From contig CAVTGC010000005.1 in assembly GCA_963734175.1 (NCBI GenBank), positions 6,329 through 70,328 on the forward strand: DNA of 64,000 nucleotides, written 5' to 3'. Within the stretch, counting starts at the first letter, position 1. Every line of letters starts with the position of its first letter. The notes below the pieces were generated by a model. That model worked only from the letters and a program-made list of their open reading frames with translations. It ran no database searches and was not told the DNA's origin. Both the position numbers and the translations under genes were made by a program. Below, in pieces: positions 38,129 through 47,968 of this stretch. The DNA is from an uncultured Candidatus Rokubacteria bacterium (GTDB lineage: Bacteria > Methylomirabilota > Methylomirabilia > Rokubacteriales > CSP1-6).

Positions 38129-39169
38129 ATGAGTACCCGGCGAGAGTCGGCGGCCGAACAGGAACGGCTGGAGCAGTTCCTTGCCTGGCGGCAGGCCCAC
38201 GGACGGGGACCTCGGCCTCCCCGGAGGCGGTGGCCGGCCGGAGCCGTCGTGGCCGGCGTCCTGGTGGCGCTGGCCGTGTCGCGTCTCGACGACCCGGCCG
38301 ACTTGGTGCGTGAGCGAACACCGGTGGCGCCCAAGCCCGAGAGGGTCGTGGCCCCCGCCCGGCCCGGAGCCCCGGCCCCGGCACCGCCCCCGACGGTCCA
38401 GCGGAGTTCGCCACCGACTCCCGAGCCGGTCGTCAGCGCCGAGGTCGAGGCGCCGAGCCTCGAGTTGCCCCCGCGGGTGCTACGGTCCCACGTGCTACCG
38501 GGCGCCCCGCTGCCGCCCCGGGGGCGTCGAGAGTTGCCGGATTACCTGGCGGAGCCCGCTCCGACCGCGGCCGAACCCTCGACCACCGCCACCGAGCCGT
38601 CGGCCGCGGTCCCGGAGCGCATCGTCCCCGAGCCTGGCCGTGGGTCCGAGCGTCCGGCCCCGGACCTGTGGAGCTCCGACACCGCCGCTGACGCCCTGGC
38701 CTCGGTGAAACGCGCCTCGCCCCCACCAGCGCAGGCGACTCCCCAAGCATCGGCGTCGGCCCCAGTGCCGACAGCGACGCCAGCGCCGGCACCGACGAGC
38801 AAGGTCGCGCCGTCCCTTCGGGCGTCGGTCCCGCCGCCGCCTGCCGTTGCCTCAGCGCCTCCGGTACCACCCCCGGCACCGGCGCCCCGGCCGGCGGAGC
38901 GGGCGACGCCGCCACCGCCTGCCGCTGCCTCAGCGCCTCCGGTATCACCCCCGGCTCCGACATCCCGGCCGGCGGAGCGAGCGACGCCGGCCACGACGGT
39001 CCCCGAGGTCGAGGCCAAGCCCCTGCCGTTCCGGCTCGATGCGCTGAAGCGGCTGATCCAGCACGCGCCGGAGGTGCGGCTGGCCCGGGCCCTCGTGCGG
39101 TGGGTCCAGGAGCAGGGGCCGGCCGAGCAAGAAACGGCGCCGGAGCCCCGGCGCCCGCAGTCGCGCTGA
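38129..39169 (+). CDS. Hypothetical single-TM protein with long Pro/Ala-rich linker
   Basis: Basic N-terminus, TM AGAVVAGVLVALAV, ~250 aa P/A/S/T-rich region and a short helical C-terminus (LDALKRLIQHAPEVRLARALVRWVQE). Confidence 0.55.
   Translation: MSTRRESAAEQERLEQFLAWRQAHGRGPRPPRRRWPAGAVVAGVLVALAVSRLDDPADLVRERTPVAPKPERVVAPARPGAPAPAPPPTVQRSSPPTPEPVVSAEVEAPSLELPPRVLRSHVLPGAPLPPRGRRELPDYLAEPAPTAAEPSTTATEPSAAVPERIVPEPGRGSERPAPDLWSSDTAADALASVKRASPPPAQATPQASASAPVPTATPAPAPTSKVAPSLRASVPPPPAVASAPPVPPPAPAPRPAERATPPPPAAASAPPVSPPAPTSRPAERATPATTVPEVEAKPLPFRLDALKRLIQHAPEVRLARALVRWVQEQGPAEQETAPEPRRPQSR
38831..38986 (+). repeat. Imperfect 78-bp tandem duplication (26-aa repeat) inside the Pro-rich gene
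   Basis: PPPPAVASAPPVPPPAPAPRPAERAT (38831-38908) and PPPPAAASAPPVSPPAPTSRPAERAT (38909-38986). Confidence 0.85.
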
Positions 39170-39178
39170 CGCATCGTC

Positions 39179-39910
39179 CTACGCGGCCAGGCTCTCCAGC
39201 AACCGGCCGTAGCCGGTGATCTTTGGCGACAGCTTCAGCGCGCGGAAGGCCGCCCAGATGCTGGCCTGGTTCGACGAGACGACGGGCTTGCCGGTGCGAC
39301 GCTCCAGCTCGGCCACGGCCTCGACCGAGCGCCACGCCGTGCACGAGCACAGCAGCGCGTCGGCCTCGGGCCGGCAGACCTTCGAGGCGAAGGCCACAAC
39401 CTCCTCGGGGTCGTGATCGTTGATGCCCTGGTTGCCGGAGGCGGCGGCGCCCGGCTCGCCCTCGACGTTGAGCACCTCGAACCCGAGCGCCTCGAGATAC
39501 GTGCGCAGCTGCTGGTTGTTCCAGTCGGGGTAGGGGGTGGCGACCGAGACGCGGCGAGCGCCGAAGAAGCGCAGTGCCTCGACCACCGAGGGGCTGGTGG
39601 CGACGGCCGGCACGCCGGCGGCGCGCTGGATGACGTCGAGCATCTCCCGATCCCAGCCGGGCCCGCGATAGAAGCTGCCGGTCGTGCAGCCGTAGGCGAC
39701 CACGCCGACCTTTGCCGTGGCCAGGTAGCGTGCGCCCGACTCGATCTCGGCATTCATGCGGTCCATGCCGGCCGCGCCCGCCGCATCGTTGGTGAGCCAC
39801 AGCCGCTGGCCGTGGATGGTGACGTCCTTCGGTGTGACCAGCTGGAAGTCGGCCTCGAAGGTCGTGTTCGTCGAGGGCACCATCACCCCGATCCGCGTGC
39901 GCAGGCTCAT
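39179..39910 (-). CDS. Maleate cis-trans isomerase / Asp-Glu racemase family
   Basis: GVMVPSTNTT.E, YGCTTGS, SCTAW and PVVSSNQA; both catalytic Cys present. Confidence 0.85.
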   Translation of the reverse strand: MSLRTRIGVMVPSTNTTFEADFQLVTPKDVTIHGQRLWLTNDAAGAAGMDRMNAEIESGARYLATAKVGVVAYGCTTGSFYRGPGWDREMLDVIQRAAGVPAVATSPSVVEALRFFGARRVSVATPYPDWNNQQLRTYLEALGFEVLNVEGEPGAAASGNQGINDHDPEEVVAFASKVCRPEADALLCSCTAWRSVEAVAELERRTGKPVVSSNQASIWAAFRALKLSPKITGYGRLLESLAA

Positions 39911-40896
39911 GCTCCGCTCCTTCCGGCGAGCTCGTAGGCCTGATCGATGAGACGCACCACCGGCACCAGGTCGTGCACGCTGACCGGCGGCGGCTCGCCG
40001 CGCCGGGCGCGCTCGATGATCTCGCGGACGGCTGTCGGATAGAGCGGCGCGGCCGGCGGCGCCGTCGTGGTCGTCTCGCCGTCGGCGGTGAGGAGCCGCA
40101 GCGTGTCGTCATGGTAGGCGACCAGGATTCCGTCGCGTCCGGCGATCTTGAACTCGCCGTCGGAGCCCGCGTACGGCACCGTGTTGCCCAGCTCGATGGT
40201 GCCCAGCACGCCGCCCGCGGTGCGCAGCTGCACGGAAGCGTAGTCCTCCACGCGCTGACCCAGGGCCCGCGCGCTGAGCTGCGCGCCGGTCACGCGGGCC
40301 GGCTCGCCGGTGAGCTGCAGGAACAGGTCGAAGCAATGCGAGCCCAGATTGCGCAGGCAGCCGCCGCCCGCCAGCGCCGGGTCGAGCATCCACGGCGAGT
40401 CCCAGGCCGGGTAGCGTGCCGAGGTCGGCCGGTTCAGGCGCAGGTAGAGGTGTGACAGTGGCCCCAGCCGGCCCTCGGTCATGAGCTGGCGCGCGCGGGC
40501 CACGAACGGCGAGTGGCGCTGAGGCAGCGGCACCGCCACGAAGGCGTTCCGGGCGGCCGCCTTGTCGGCGATGCCCTGGACCTCGGTGGCGTTCAGTCCC
40601 ATCGGCTTCTCCATCAGGAACGGCACGCCGTGATCCAGCAGATCGTGGGCGGTCCGCGCCATGCGGGCGTGCTGGCCGAGAGCGACGACGAAGTCGGGCC
40701 GGGTCTTCGTGAGCATCTCGCGATGATCGGTGAAGACCGGGGGGTTGCCGAGCGCGGCAGCCCGCCGGGCCACGATATCCGGGCTGGGGTCGTGCAGGCC
40801 GACCAGCTCGACGTCGGGGATGCCGGCCAGGATGCGCAGGTAGGCCGCGTCGTGAAGCGAGTGCCAGTGACTGACCTCGACGGCGGCGACGCGCAT
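39907..40896 (-). CDS. Gfo/Idh/MocA-family oxidoreductase
   Basis: FLMEKPMG, GGGCLRNLGSHCFD. Confidence 0.88.
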   Translation of the reverse strand: MRVAAVEVSHWHSLHDAAYLRILAGIPDVELVGLHDPSPDIVARRAAALGNPPVFTDHREMLTKTRPDFVVALGQHARMARTAHDLLDHGVPFLMEKPMGLNATEVQGIADKAAARNAFVAVPLPQRHSPFVARARQLMTEGRLGPLSHLYLRLNRPTSARYPAWDSPWMLDPALAGGGCLRNLGSHCFDLFLQLTGEPARVTGAQLSARALGQRVEDYASVQLRTAGGVLGTIELGNTVPYAGSDGEFKIAGRDGILVAYHDDTLRLLTADGETTTTAPPAAPLYPTAVREIIERARRGEPPPVSVHDLVPVVRLIDQAYELAGRSGA

Positions 40897-41759
40897 CACC
40901 AGTCGAACCCGTAGCGCGTGCGCATCTCCTCCAGGTACTGCTCCTCGGACATCGCGCGGCCGCCGGCGACGTATTCCTCGTCGGTCATCCGCTGCCGGCC
41001 CGCCACCAGCAGCGTGGCGTCGTCGCCGACCAGCCAGCGCAGCCGCGGCTGCTTCGTGGTGGCCGCCTCGTAGATGACGGCGGCGGCGTCGGCGGGCTGG
41101 GCCGCGCGGGGCATCTGCTTCTGGTAGAACAGCAGCAGGCGGCGGACGTGGTCGAAGTAGGGGGAGGCGGGGTCGGCGAAGCGCCTGGCCTTGCTGAAGA
41201 TCGGGGTGACGACGACGCCGGGCTCGACGATGGCCACGCGGATGCCGAAGCGCTCCACCTCCTGGGCGAGCGCCTCGCTCAGCGCCTCCAGCGCGTGCTT
41301 CACCGCCGAGTAGTGGCCGTGGCCGGCGATGGCCAGCCGCCCCGCGATGGACGACACGTTCACGATGGCGCCGGCGCCACGCTGGCGCATCCCCGGCAGC
41401 ACCGCCTGCACCACGCGCACGACGCCGAAGTAGTTCGTCTGGAAGAGCCCCTGGGCCCAGTCGACCGGCACGTCCTCGATGGGCCCGCCGCCGCCGATGC
41501 CGGCGTTGTTGACGAGCACGTCGATCCGTCCGGAGGTGGCCTTCACCTCGGCCACGCCGCGCTGGACGGAGGCGGCGTCGTCCACGTCGAGGGCGAGGAC
41601 GCGAACGGCCAGCCGGTCGCGCTCGATCGCCTCGCGCAGCTCGGTGGCCCCGCTCGGGTTTCGAACGCCGGCCCAGACCTCGTGACCTTCCCGCGCAAAA
41701 TGCACGGCGGTGGCCAGGCCGATGCCGCTGCTGGTGCCGGTGATCAGGGTGACGGCCAT
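40896..41759 (-). CDS. Short-chain dehydrogenase/reductase
   Basis: ITGTSSGIG, LVNNAG, NVSS, YSAVK. Confidence 0.92.
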   Translation of the reverse strand: MAVTLITGTSSGIGLATAVHFAREGHEVWAGVRNPSGATELREAIERDRLAVRVLALDVDDAASVQRGVAEVKATSGRIDVLVNNAGIGGGGPIEDVPVDWAQGLFQTNYFGVVRVVQAVLPGMRQRGAGAIVNVSSIAGRLAIAGHGHYSAVKHALEALSEALAQEVERFGIRVAIVEPGVVVTPIFSKARRFADPASPYFDHVRRLLLFYQKQMPRAAQPADAAAVIYEAATTKQPRLRWLVGDDATLLVAGRQRMTDEEYVAGGRAMSEEQYLEEMRTRYGFDW

Positions 41760-41818
41760 GGACGACCTCCTCGGGGTCCCCAGGAGACTACACCGAGTGA
41801 GGTGATACCATCTACCGG

Positions 41819-43492
41819 ATGGACGAGTCGTCGAAGCCCAGCAACTTCATCCGCGACATCATCCTGGAGCACAACCGCACCGGGCGCTTCGAGGGCAAGG
41901 TGGTCACGCGCTTCCCGCCGGAGCCGAACGGGTACCTCCACATCGGCCACGCCAAGGCGATCAGCATCGACTTCGGCCTCGCCCGCGAGTTCGGCGGCCG
42001 CTGCCACCTGCGGTTCGACGACACCAACCCCACCAAGGAGAGCCAGGAGTACGTCGACGCGATCACGCGCGACATCCGCTGGCTCGGCTTCGACTGGGGT
42101 TCGCACCTCTATCACGCCAGCGACTACTTCGAGCAGCTCTACCAGTGGGCCGAGCAGCTCATCGGGGCCGGGAAGGCCTACGTGGACGACCTCACCGGCG
42201 AGCAGATCCGCGAGCACCGCGGGACCCTGACCGAGGCCGGGCGGCCGTCGCCGTTCCGCGATCGCCCGGTCGAGGAGAACCTCGACCTGTTCCGGCGCAT
42301 GCGGGCCGGGGAGTTCGCCGACGGCAGCCGCACGCTGCGCGCGAAGATCGACATGGCCTCGCCCAACATCAACCTGCGCGACCCCGTGATGTACCGGATC
42401 CGCAAGGCGAGCCACCAGCGCACCGGGGATGCGTGGTGCATCTACCCGATGTACGACTGGGCCCACGGGCAGTCCGACTCGATCGAGGGCGTGACGCATT
42501 CCATGTGCTCGCTGGAGTACGAGGACCACCGGCCGCTCTACGACTGGTACCTGGACGCGCTCGGCATCTTCCATCCGCAGCAGATCGAGTTCGCGCGGCT
42601 GAACCTGAGCCACACGGTGATGAGCAAGCGCAAGCTCCTGCAGCTCGTCGACGGCGGCCAGGTGCGCGGCTGGGACGATCCCCGCATGCCGACGCTGGCC
42701 GGCCTGCGCCGCCGCGGCTACACGCCGGAGGCGCTGCGCGACTTCGTCGAGCGCGTGGGCGTCACCAAGGCCGCCAACGTCGTCGAGCTGGCCTACCTGG
42801 AGCACTGCCTGCGCGAGGACCTGAACAAGCGGGCCGAGCGGCGGCTGGCGGTGCTCCGCCCGCTGAAGCTGCTCATCGAGAACTATCCGGCCGGGCAGGT
42901 GGAGGAGTTCGAGGCCGTCAACAACCCCGAGGACCCGACGGCCGGCTCGCGCAAGGTGCCGTTCTCGCGCGAGCTGTACATCGAGCAGGACGACTTCCGC
43001 GATCCGGCCCCGCCCAAGTACTTCCGGCTGTCGCCCGGCGCCGAGGTGCGGCTGCGCTACGCCTACATCGTCAAGTGCACCGGCGTGACGCGCGACGCGG
43101 CCGGCCACGTCACCGAGGTGCGCTGCACCTACGACCCCGACTCGCGCGGCGGCGACAGCAAGGGGCGCAAGGTGAAGGGGACCATCCACTGGGTCTCGGC
43201 CGCCCACGCCGTCGATGCCGAGGTGCGGCTGTACGACACGCTGTTCACCGTGGGCAAGCCCGACGACGTCGAGGACGCCACCAGCGTGCTCAACCCCGCC
43301 TCGCTGGAGGTCGTCACCGGCGCCAAGGTCGAGCCGGCGCTGGCCGGGGTGGCGCCGGAGGCGCGCGTGCAGTTCGAGCGCACCGGCTACTTCGTCGCCG
43401 ACTGGCACGACCACACGCCGGCCCGGCCGGTGTTCAATCGCGCGGTCGGACTGCGCGACACCTGGGCCAAGATCGAGAAGGGCGGCGGCTGA
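41819..43492 (+). CDS. glnS: Glutaminyl-tRNA synthetase
   Basis: [65 protein letters not shown]. Confidence 0.97.
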   Translation: MDESSKPSNFIRDIILEHNRTGRFEGKVVTRFPPEPNGYLHIGHAKAISIDFGLAREFGGRCHLRFDDTNPTKESQEYVDAITRDIRWLGFDWGSHLYHASDYFEQLYQWAEQLIGAGKAYVDDLTGEQIREHRGTLTEAGRPSPFRDRPVEENLDLFRRMRAGEFADGSRTLRAKIDMASPNINLRDPVMYRIRKASHQRTGDAWCIYPMYDWAHGQSDSIEGVTHSMCSLEYEDHRPLYDWYLDALGIFHPQQIEFARLNLSHTVMSKRKLLQLVDGGQVRGWDDPRMPTLAGLRRRGYTPEALRDFVERVGVTKAANVVELAYLEHCLREDLNKRAERRLAVLRPLKLLIENYPAGQVEEFEAVNNPEDPTAGSRKVPFSRELYIEQDDFRDPAPPKYFRLSPGAEVRLRYAYIVKCTGVTRDAAGHVTEVRCTYDPDSRGGDSKGRKVKGTIHWVSAAHAVDAEVRLYDTLFTVGKPDDVEDATSVLNPASLEVVTGAKVEPALAGVAPEARVQFERTGYFVADWHDHTPARPVFNRAVGLRDTWAKIEKGGG

Positions 43493-43499
43493 GGGGCTC

Positions 43500-44654
43500 G
43501 TGCGTATCGTCGACGTCCGTGAGCGCTCCATCCCCATCTCGCGGTTCCAGGATCCCTCGTTGCCCTCGGGCGGTCTCACCACCAGCGCCGTCGCCCTGAT
43601 CACCGACGTCGTCCGCGAGGGGCGGCCCGTCGTCGGCTACGGCTTTGCGTCCATGGGGCGCTTTGCCCAGGGAGGCCTCATCCGCGAGCGGTTCGCCCCC
43701 CGCCTGCTGGCCGCGGCCGAGGTCGATCTCGTGAGCCCGGACGGCCGGAACATCGATCCGCTGCGGGCGTGGACAGTCATGATGGCCGGCGAGAAGCGCG
43801 GCGGCCACGGCGAGCGCTGCGTGGCCGTCGGCACCCTCGACATGGCGCTGTGGGACGCCGCCGCCAAGATTGCCGGGCTACCCCTGCACCGGTTCCTGGC
43901 CGGGCGGTTCGGTCGCCGGTCGACGCCGCTGGTGAGGCTGTACGCCGGCGGCGGCTATCCCTATCCGGCCGACGACCCCGCGCGCCTGGCCAACGAGCTG
44001 CGCCGGATGCTCGATGGTGGCTATACGCGCATCAAGATCAAGATCGGCGCGGGCCCGCTCGCCCACGACCTGCAGCGGCTGGACGCCGCGCTGGCGGTGG
44101 TGCCGGCCGAGCGCCTGGCCGTCGACGCCATGAACCTCTACGACGCGCGGGCTGCGCTGGCGGCGGCGGCGGCGCTGGCGCCGCGGGGGCTGTGGTGGTT
44201 CGAGGACGTCTGCGCACCGCTCGACCTCGAGACCCACGCCGCCGTCGTCGCCACCTATCCGGGCCCCATCGCCGCCGGCGAGGCGCTGTTCTCGTCCGAC
44301 GAAGCCCGTCTGCTCGACCGCTACGGCGGGCTGCGGCGTGACCGCGACGTCCTCCTGTTCGACCCCGTGCACTGCTACGGGCTGACGGGCTTCCTGGAGA
44401 TCGTCGACGTGCTGGAAGCACGCGGCTGGTCGCGCGGCGCGTTCTGGCCACACGGCGGCCACCTGTTCGCGCTGCACGTGGTGAGCGCGCTGGGGCTGGG
44501 CGGTGCCGAGGTCAACCCGTTCTCCTTCGCGCCGTTCGGCGGGCTGGCCGACGACGCCAAGATCGTGGAGGGCAGCGTGGCGCCGCCCGAGCGGCCCGGC
44601 ATCGGCTGGGACGGCAAGGCCGAGGCGTGGCGCCTGTTCACGGCGCTCACGTAG
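43500..44654 (+). CDS. Enolase-superfamily (mandelate racemase subgroup) enzyme, D-tartrate dehydratase TarD-like
   Basis: RIVDVRE, TDVVREG, GGLIRERFA, EK.GGHGER..AVGT.DMA.WDA.AK, KIKIG, metal D/E/E ligands, PHGGH. Confidence 0.85.
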   Translation: MRIVDVRERSIPISRFQDPSLPSGGLTTSAVALITDVVREGRPVVGYGFASMGRFAQGGLIRERFAPRLLAAAEVDLVSPDGRNIDPLRAWTVMMAGEKRGGHGERCVAVGTLDMALWDAAAKIAGLPLHRFLAGRFGRRSTPLVRLYAGGGYPYPADDPARLANELRRMLDGGYTRIKIKIGAGPLAHDLQRLDAALAVVPAERLAVDAMNLYDARAALAAAAALAPRGLWWFEDVCAPLDLETHAAVVATYPGPIAAGEALFSSDEARLLDRYGGLRRDRDVLLFDPVHCYGLTGFLEIVDVLEARGWSRGAFWPHGGHLFALHVVSALGLGGAEVNPFSFAPFGGLADDAKIVEGSVAPPERPGIGWDGKAEAWRLFTALT

Positions 44655-44727
44655 CTGCAACTTCCAGAGGAGGCCACCCGGACTACATGATCGAGCTGGA
44701 AGCGATCGCGGTGATCTGAGGTGCCGG

Positions 44728-45171
44728 TCAGCGGCGCTGGTCGGAGATCTTGATCGAGAGCTGGTGCAGGCGCTCCAGGGTCGGCGGGCTCAGCGTGGCG
44801 GCGAACCCGTTGGGGTCGGTGCGGCCGCGGTCGAGCGCCTGCGCCATCGCGGTGGCGTCGCCCCCCGAGGCCTGGGCGAGGTCGCGGAAGACGTCGGCGG
44901 CGAGGGCGAACACCTCCTGGGCGAGCGCGTCGGAGCCGGCGAGCGAGCGGGCCTGCTGATCGGCGGCGCCGGCCTGCGGGTTGCCGGCGATGGCGGCGCC
45001 GCGCAGCGTGGGATCGAGCAGCACCCTCAGGGTCGTCGCCAGCGCCTCACTGGCCGCCGGGTCGAGCGACTGGGCACCCGCCGGCGCCCCGGTGGCGAGC
45101 ACAAGAAGCAGCGTCAGCGACACCGCCAGCCACCGTGAGCTCGTCGTCCGCGCGCGTCCTTCGTGGCTCAT
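44728..45171 (-). CDS. Exported hypothetical helical protein
   Basis: Signal peptide ending APAGAQ; GC-biased codon pattern; TACGAT -10-like element 5 nt before ATG. Confidence 0.6.
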   Translation of the reverse strand: MSHEGRARTTSSRWLAVSLTLLLVLATGAPAGAQSLDPAASEALATTLRVLLDPTLRGAAIAGNPQAGAADQQARSLAGSDALAQEVFALAADVFRDLAQASGGDATAMAQALDRGRTDPNGFAATLSPPTLERLHQLSIKISDQRR

Positions 45172-45232
45172 GAGTCATCGTAGCCGATCGAGCACCGATG
45201 GCCCAACGCCCACCGGGTCGAGCCCGAGCCCG

Positions 45233-46165
45233 CTAGAACACGGCGAGGGGATTGGCGGGGGAGCCCGTCCCTCCGATGACCGGTAGCGGCGAGATCACCA
45301 GCATGAACTCGTCGCGCCCTTCCTCCGCACACGCCTGGGCCAGCGGCTCCAGCAGCGCGTTGTCGAGGAGCGCCACGCCGTACGCGAAGATGGCGGCGTG
45401 CACGGCCCACGGCACGTCGTAGCCGATCGGCAGGTGGTCGAGCATGTCCCACACCAGCACGCTGACGTCGTGATCGCGCAGGAACGGCAGGCAGGAGATG
45501 TGCAGCCCGGGGCGCGCCGGCGGCGTGGGCCCGAACGGCTTGCTGTAAGCGCGTTCGGGATCCTGCGCCTGCCAGGCCTCGCGTCCCGCGTACACGCAGA
45601 CGGCGTCCCCGGGCTCGAGCCGGATGTTGCGCTTGCTGAGGATGTCGTCGAGCTCCCAGCCGTGCACTGGCCTGTCCTGCGTCACGAACGGGGTGCCGCG
45701 ATGGCGGGGGACGTCGAGCATGACGGCGCGGGTGATGATGCCCTCCTGCCAGTGCTCGATCGAGCCGAAGCGGGCCCCGTCGAAGGTGATCTCCTTCTTG
45801 GGGTCGCGCCCGTTCCACATCGCCTCCTCGTCCCAGGTGTGGCAGAGGGCGTCGATGTGGGTGGAGGCCACGCCATGATAGTAGATGCCATAGTAGTCGG
45901 CCGAGAACCCGCCCTTGCCGCGCACGGAGGTCTTCATGAAGTGGTGAGCGGGCATGGAGTTGTTCGGGCCGGGCTCCTTGGGGAACGGCCGGCTCAGCGA
46001 GACGCTGCGGCCGCTCTGGACCAGCCGCGCCGCGGCCGCCCGCTTGGCCGGCGTGACGAGATTCAGCGCGCCCTTCTGATCGTCCTTGCCCCAGCGCCCC
46101 CAGTTGCGTCGCTCACGGATCCAGCCGAGGACTTCCTTCTCTGACGGCAGTGGCCGCTCGGGCAT
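45233..46165 (-). CDS. Cyclase-family (kynurenine formamidase-like) metal hydrolase
   Basis: NWGRWGKDDQKGALN, HGVASTHIDALCH, LLDNA.LE, GTGSPANP. Confidence 0.85.
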   Translation of the reverse strand: MPERPLPSEKEVLGWIRERRNWGRWGKDDQKGALNLVTPAKRAAAARLVQSGRSVSLSRPFPKEPGPNNSMPAHHFMKTSVRGKGGFSADYYGIYYHGVASTHIDALCHTWDEEAMWNGRDPKKEITFDGARFGSIEHWQEGIITRAVMLDVPRHRGTPFVTQDRPVHGWELDDILSKRNIRLEPGDAVCVYAGREAWQAQDPERAYSKPFGPTPPARPGLHISCLPFLRDHDVSVLVWDMLDHLPIGYDVPWAVHAAIFAYGVALLDNALLEPLAQACAEEGRDEFMLVISPLPVIGGTGSPANPLAVF

Positions 46166-46320
46166 CGTCGCCTCCCGGGTGATGGTGATGGCGCCGGTAT
46201 GGTACCAGTGCCGGCGCTACCTGCGACCGAGGCGTCGCAGCCTCCTCCCTCCGAGAGTGGACCGGCGGGGGCCGGCGTCAATCACGATTCCGCCACGCGG
46301 TTGGGATACACTCGACCGCG

Positions 46321-47283
46321 ATGGCCGCCGAACCGAACGCCTCGTTCTTCTCGCTCACGCCCGATCGCGTCCTCGACGCCGTGGAAGTGGGCGGGCTGCG
46401 CAGCACCGGGCGCTGCCTGCCGCTGCGCGCCTTCGAGAACCGCGTGTACGAGGTGGAGCTGGAGGACGAGAGCCGCCTGGTCGTGAAGTTCTATCGGCCC
46501 GGGCGCTGGTCGCGCGAGACCATCCTGGACGAGCACGCCTTCCTGGCCGACCTCGCCGAGGCCGAGGTGCCGGTGGTGGCGCCGATGGACCTCGGCGCCG
46601 GCGTCACCCTGAACGAGATCGAGGGGATCTACTACGCCGCGTTCCCGAGGATCCGCGGGCGCTCGCTGGACGAGCTGGACGCCGAGCACCGCCGGCAGAT
46701 CGGCCGCACGCTGGGTCGCCTGCACGCCGTCGGTGCCGCCCGCCCGGCGCCGCACCGGCCGAAGGTGGGCGTGGAGTACTACATCCACGAGCCGCTCCGG
46801 ATCCTGATGGAAGGCGACTTCATCCCCGGCACGCTGGCGCCTCGCTACCGCGACGTCGCCCTGCGCATCGCCGATCTGGCGGCCAAGCCGCTGGCCGCCG
46901 CCCGCATGCAGCGCATCCACGGCGACCTGCACTGGGGCAACATCCTGTGGACGCGCGACGGCCCCGTCCTGGTCGACTTCGACGACAGCGCCATGGGGCC
47001 GCCGATGCAGGACCTGTGGCTGCTGGCCCGAGGCCGCGACGAGGAAGCCAAGAAGGCCCGCGAGGATCTGCTCGAGGGCTACGAGGTCTTCCGCGAGTTC
47101 GACCGGGCGTCGCTGGCGCTGATCGAGCCGCTGCGGGCCATGCGCATCGTGTACATGTCGGGCTGGATCGCCAAGCGGTGGGACGATCCCTCGTTCCCCC
47201 ACGCATATCCGAACTTCAAGGACGTGCGGTACTGGATGCAGGAGTACGAGGCGCTGGTGGAGATTGCCGAGCAGCTCGCCTAG
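46321..47283 (+). CDS. srkA: Stress-response Ser/Thr kinase SrkA/RdoA (YihE)
   Basis: FENRVY, KFYRPGRWS..TILDEH, RIHGDLHWGN, DFDD, QDLWLL, IEPLRAMR...WIA.RW.DP.FP. Confidence 0.9.
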   Translation: MAAEPNASFFSLTPDRVLDAVEVGGLRSTGRCLPLRAFENRVYEVELEDESRLVVKFYRPGRWSRETILDEHAFLADLAEAEVPVVAPMDLGAGVTLNEIEGIYYAAFPRIRGRSLDELDAEHRRQIGRTLGRLHAVGAARPAPHRPKVGVEYYIHEPLRILMEGDFIPGTLAPRYRDVALRIADLAAKPLAAARMQRIHGDLHWGNILWTRDGPVLVDFDDSAMGPPMQDLWLLARGRDEEAKKAREDLLEGYEVFREFDRASLALIEPLRAMRIVYMSGWIAKRWDDPSFPHAYPNFKDVRYWMQEYEALVEIAEQLA

Positions 47284-47290
47284 CCCCCCG

Positions 47291-47968
47291 CTGTCCCGTC
47301 GCCGGCTCGTCCTGGCGGGCCTGGCCGCCGCCCTGTGGCCACGCCGGGCGCTCGGGGGGGCGGCCGTCGTGGTCGAAGACTGGAGTGCGCCTCCCCTCGG
47401 GCTGCACGGCGTGCCTCCGGGCTGGAGGAGCTACGAGACGCCGGGGGGCCATCCGCGCTACGACTTCACCGTCGTCGAGGACAGTGGGCGCCGCGCGCTC
47501 GAGCTGAAGAGCGAGAACGAGCACTCCACGATCGCCCGGGAGATCGACGTCGACCTGGCCGCCACGCCCGTGCTCGAGTGGGCCTGGCGCGTCATCATCC
47601 AGCCCGCCGAGGCCGATCTCACGAAGCGGACGACCTCGGACGCGAGCGGCCACGTCTTCGTCGTGTGGCCGCGATTTCCGGCCATGCTGCGCTCGCGCCT
47701 GATCGGGTACATCTGGGACCCGGTGATCCCCGTCGACACGATCGTGCCCAGCCCGAAGACCAGCCTGGTGTCGTTCGTGGTGGCGCGCTCGGGGCCGCGC
47801 GGCCTGGGCCAGTGGTCGATCGAGCGGCACGACGTGGCCGCCGACTACCGGCGGATCTACGGCGAGCCGGCGCCGAAGCCGGGCGCCGTGGCCCTGTCGA
47901 TCGACACCAACGACACCCGGGCCAGCGCCGCCGCGCGCTTCGGCCGGATCGCGTTCCTGCCGCGCTGA
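47291..47968 (+). CDS. DUF3047-family protein, probable Tat substrate (start uncertain)
   Basis: SRRRLVLAGL signal; TPVLEWAWRV, IGYIW, W..ERHDVAADYRRIYG, IDTNDT. Confidence 0.75.
   Translation: MSRRRLVLAGLAAALWPRRALGGAAVVVEDWSAPPLGLHGVPPGWRSYETPGGHPRYDFTVVEDSGRRALELKSENEHSTIAREIDVDLAATPVLEWAWRVIIQPAEADLTKRTTSDASGHVFVVWPRFPAMLRSRLIGYIWDPVIPVDTIVPSPKTSLVSFVVARSGPRGLGQWSIERHDVAADYRRIYGEPAPKPGAVALSIDTNDTRASAAARFGRIAFLPR

Noticed and set aside
38831-38986. CRISPR-like or mobile repeat
   Set aside because: Only two adjacent in-frame 78-bp units with no spacers, inside a coding sequence.
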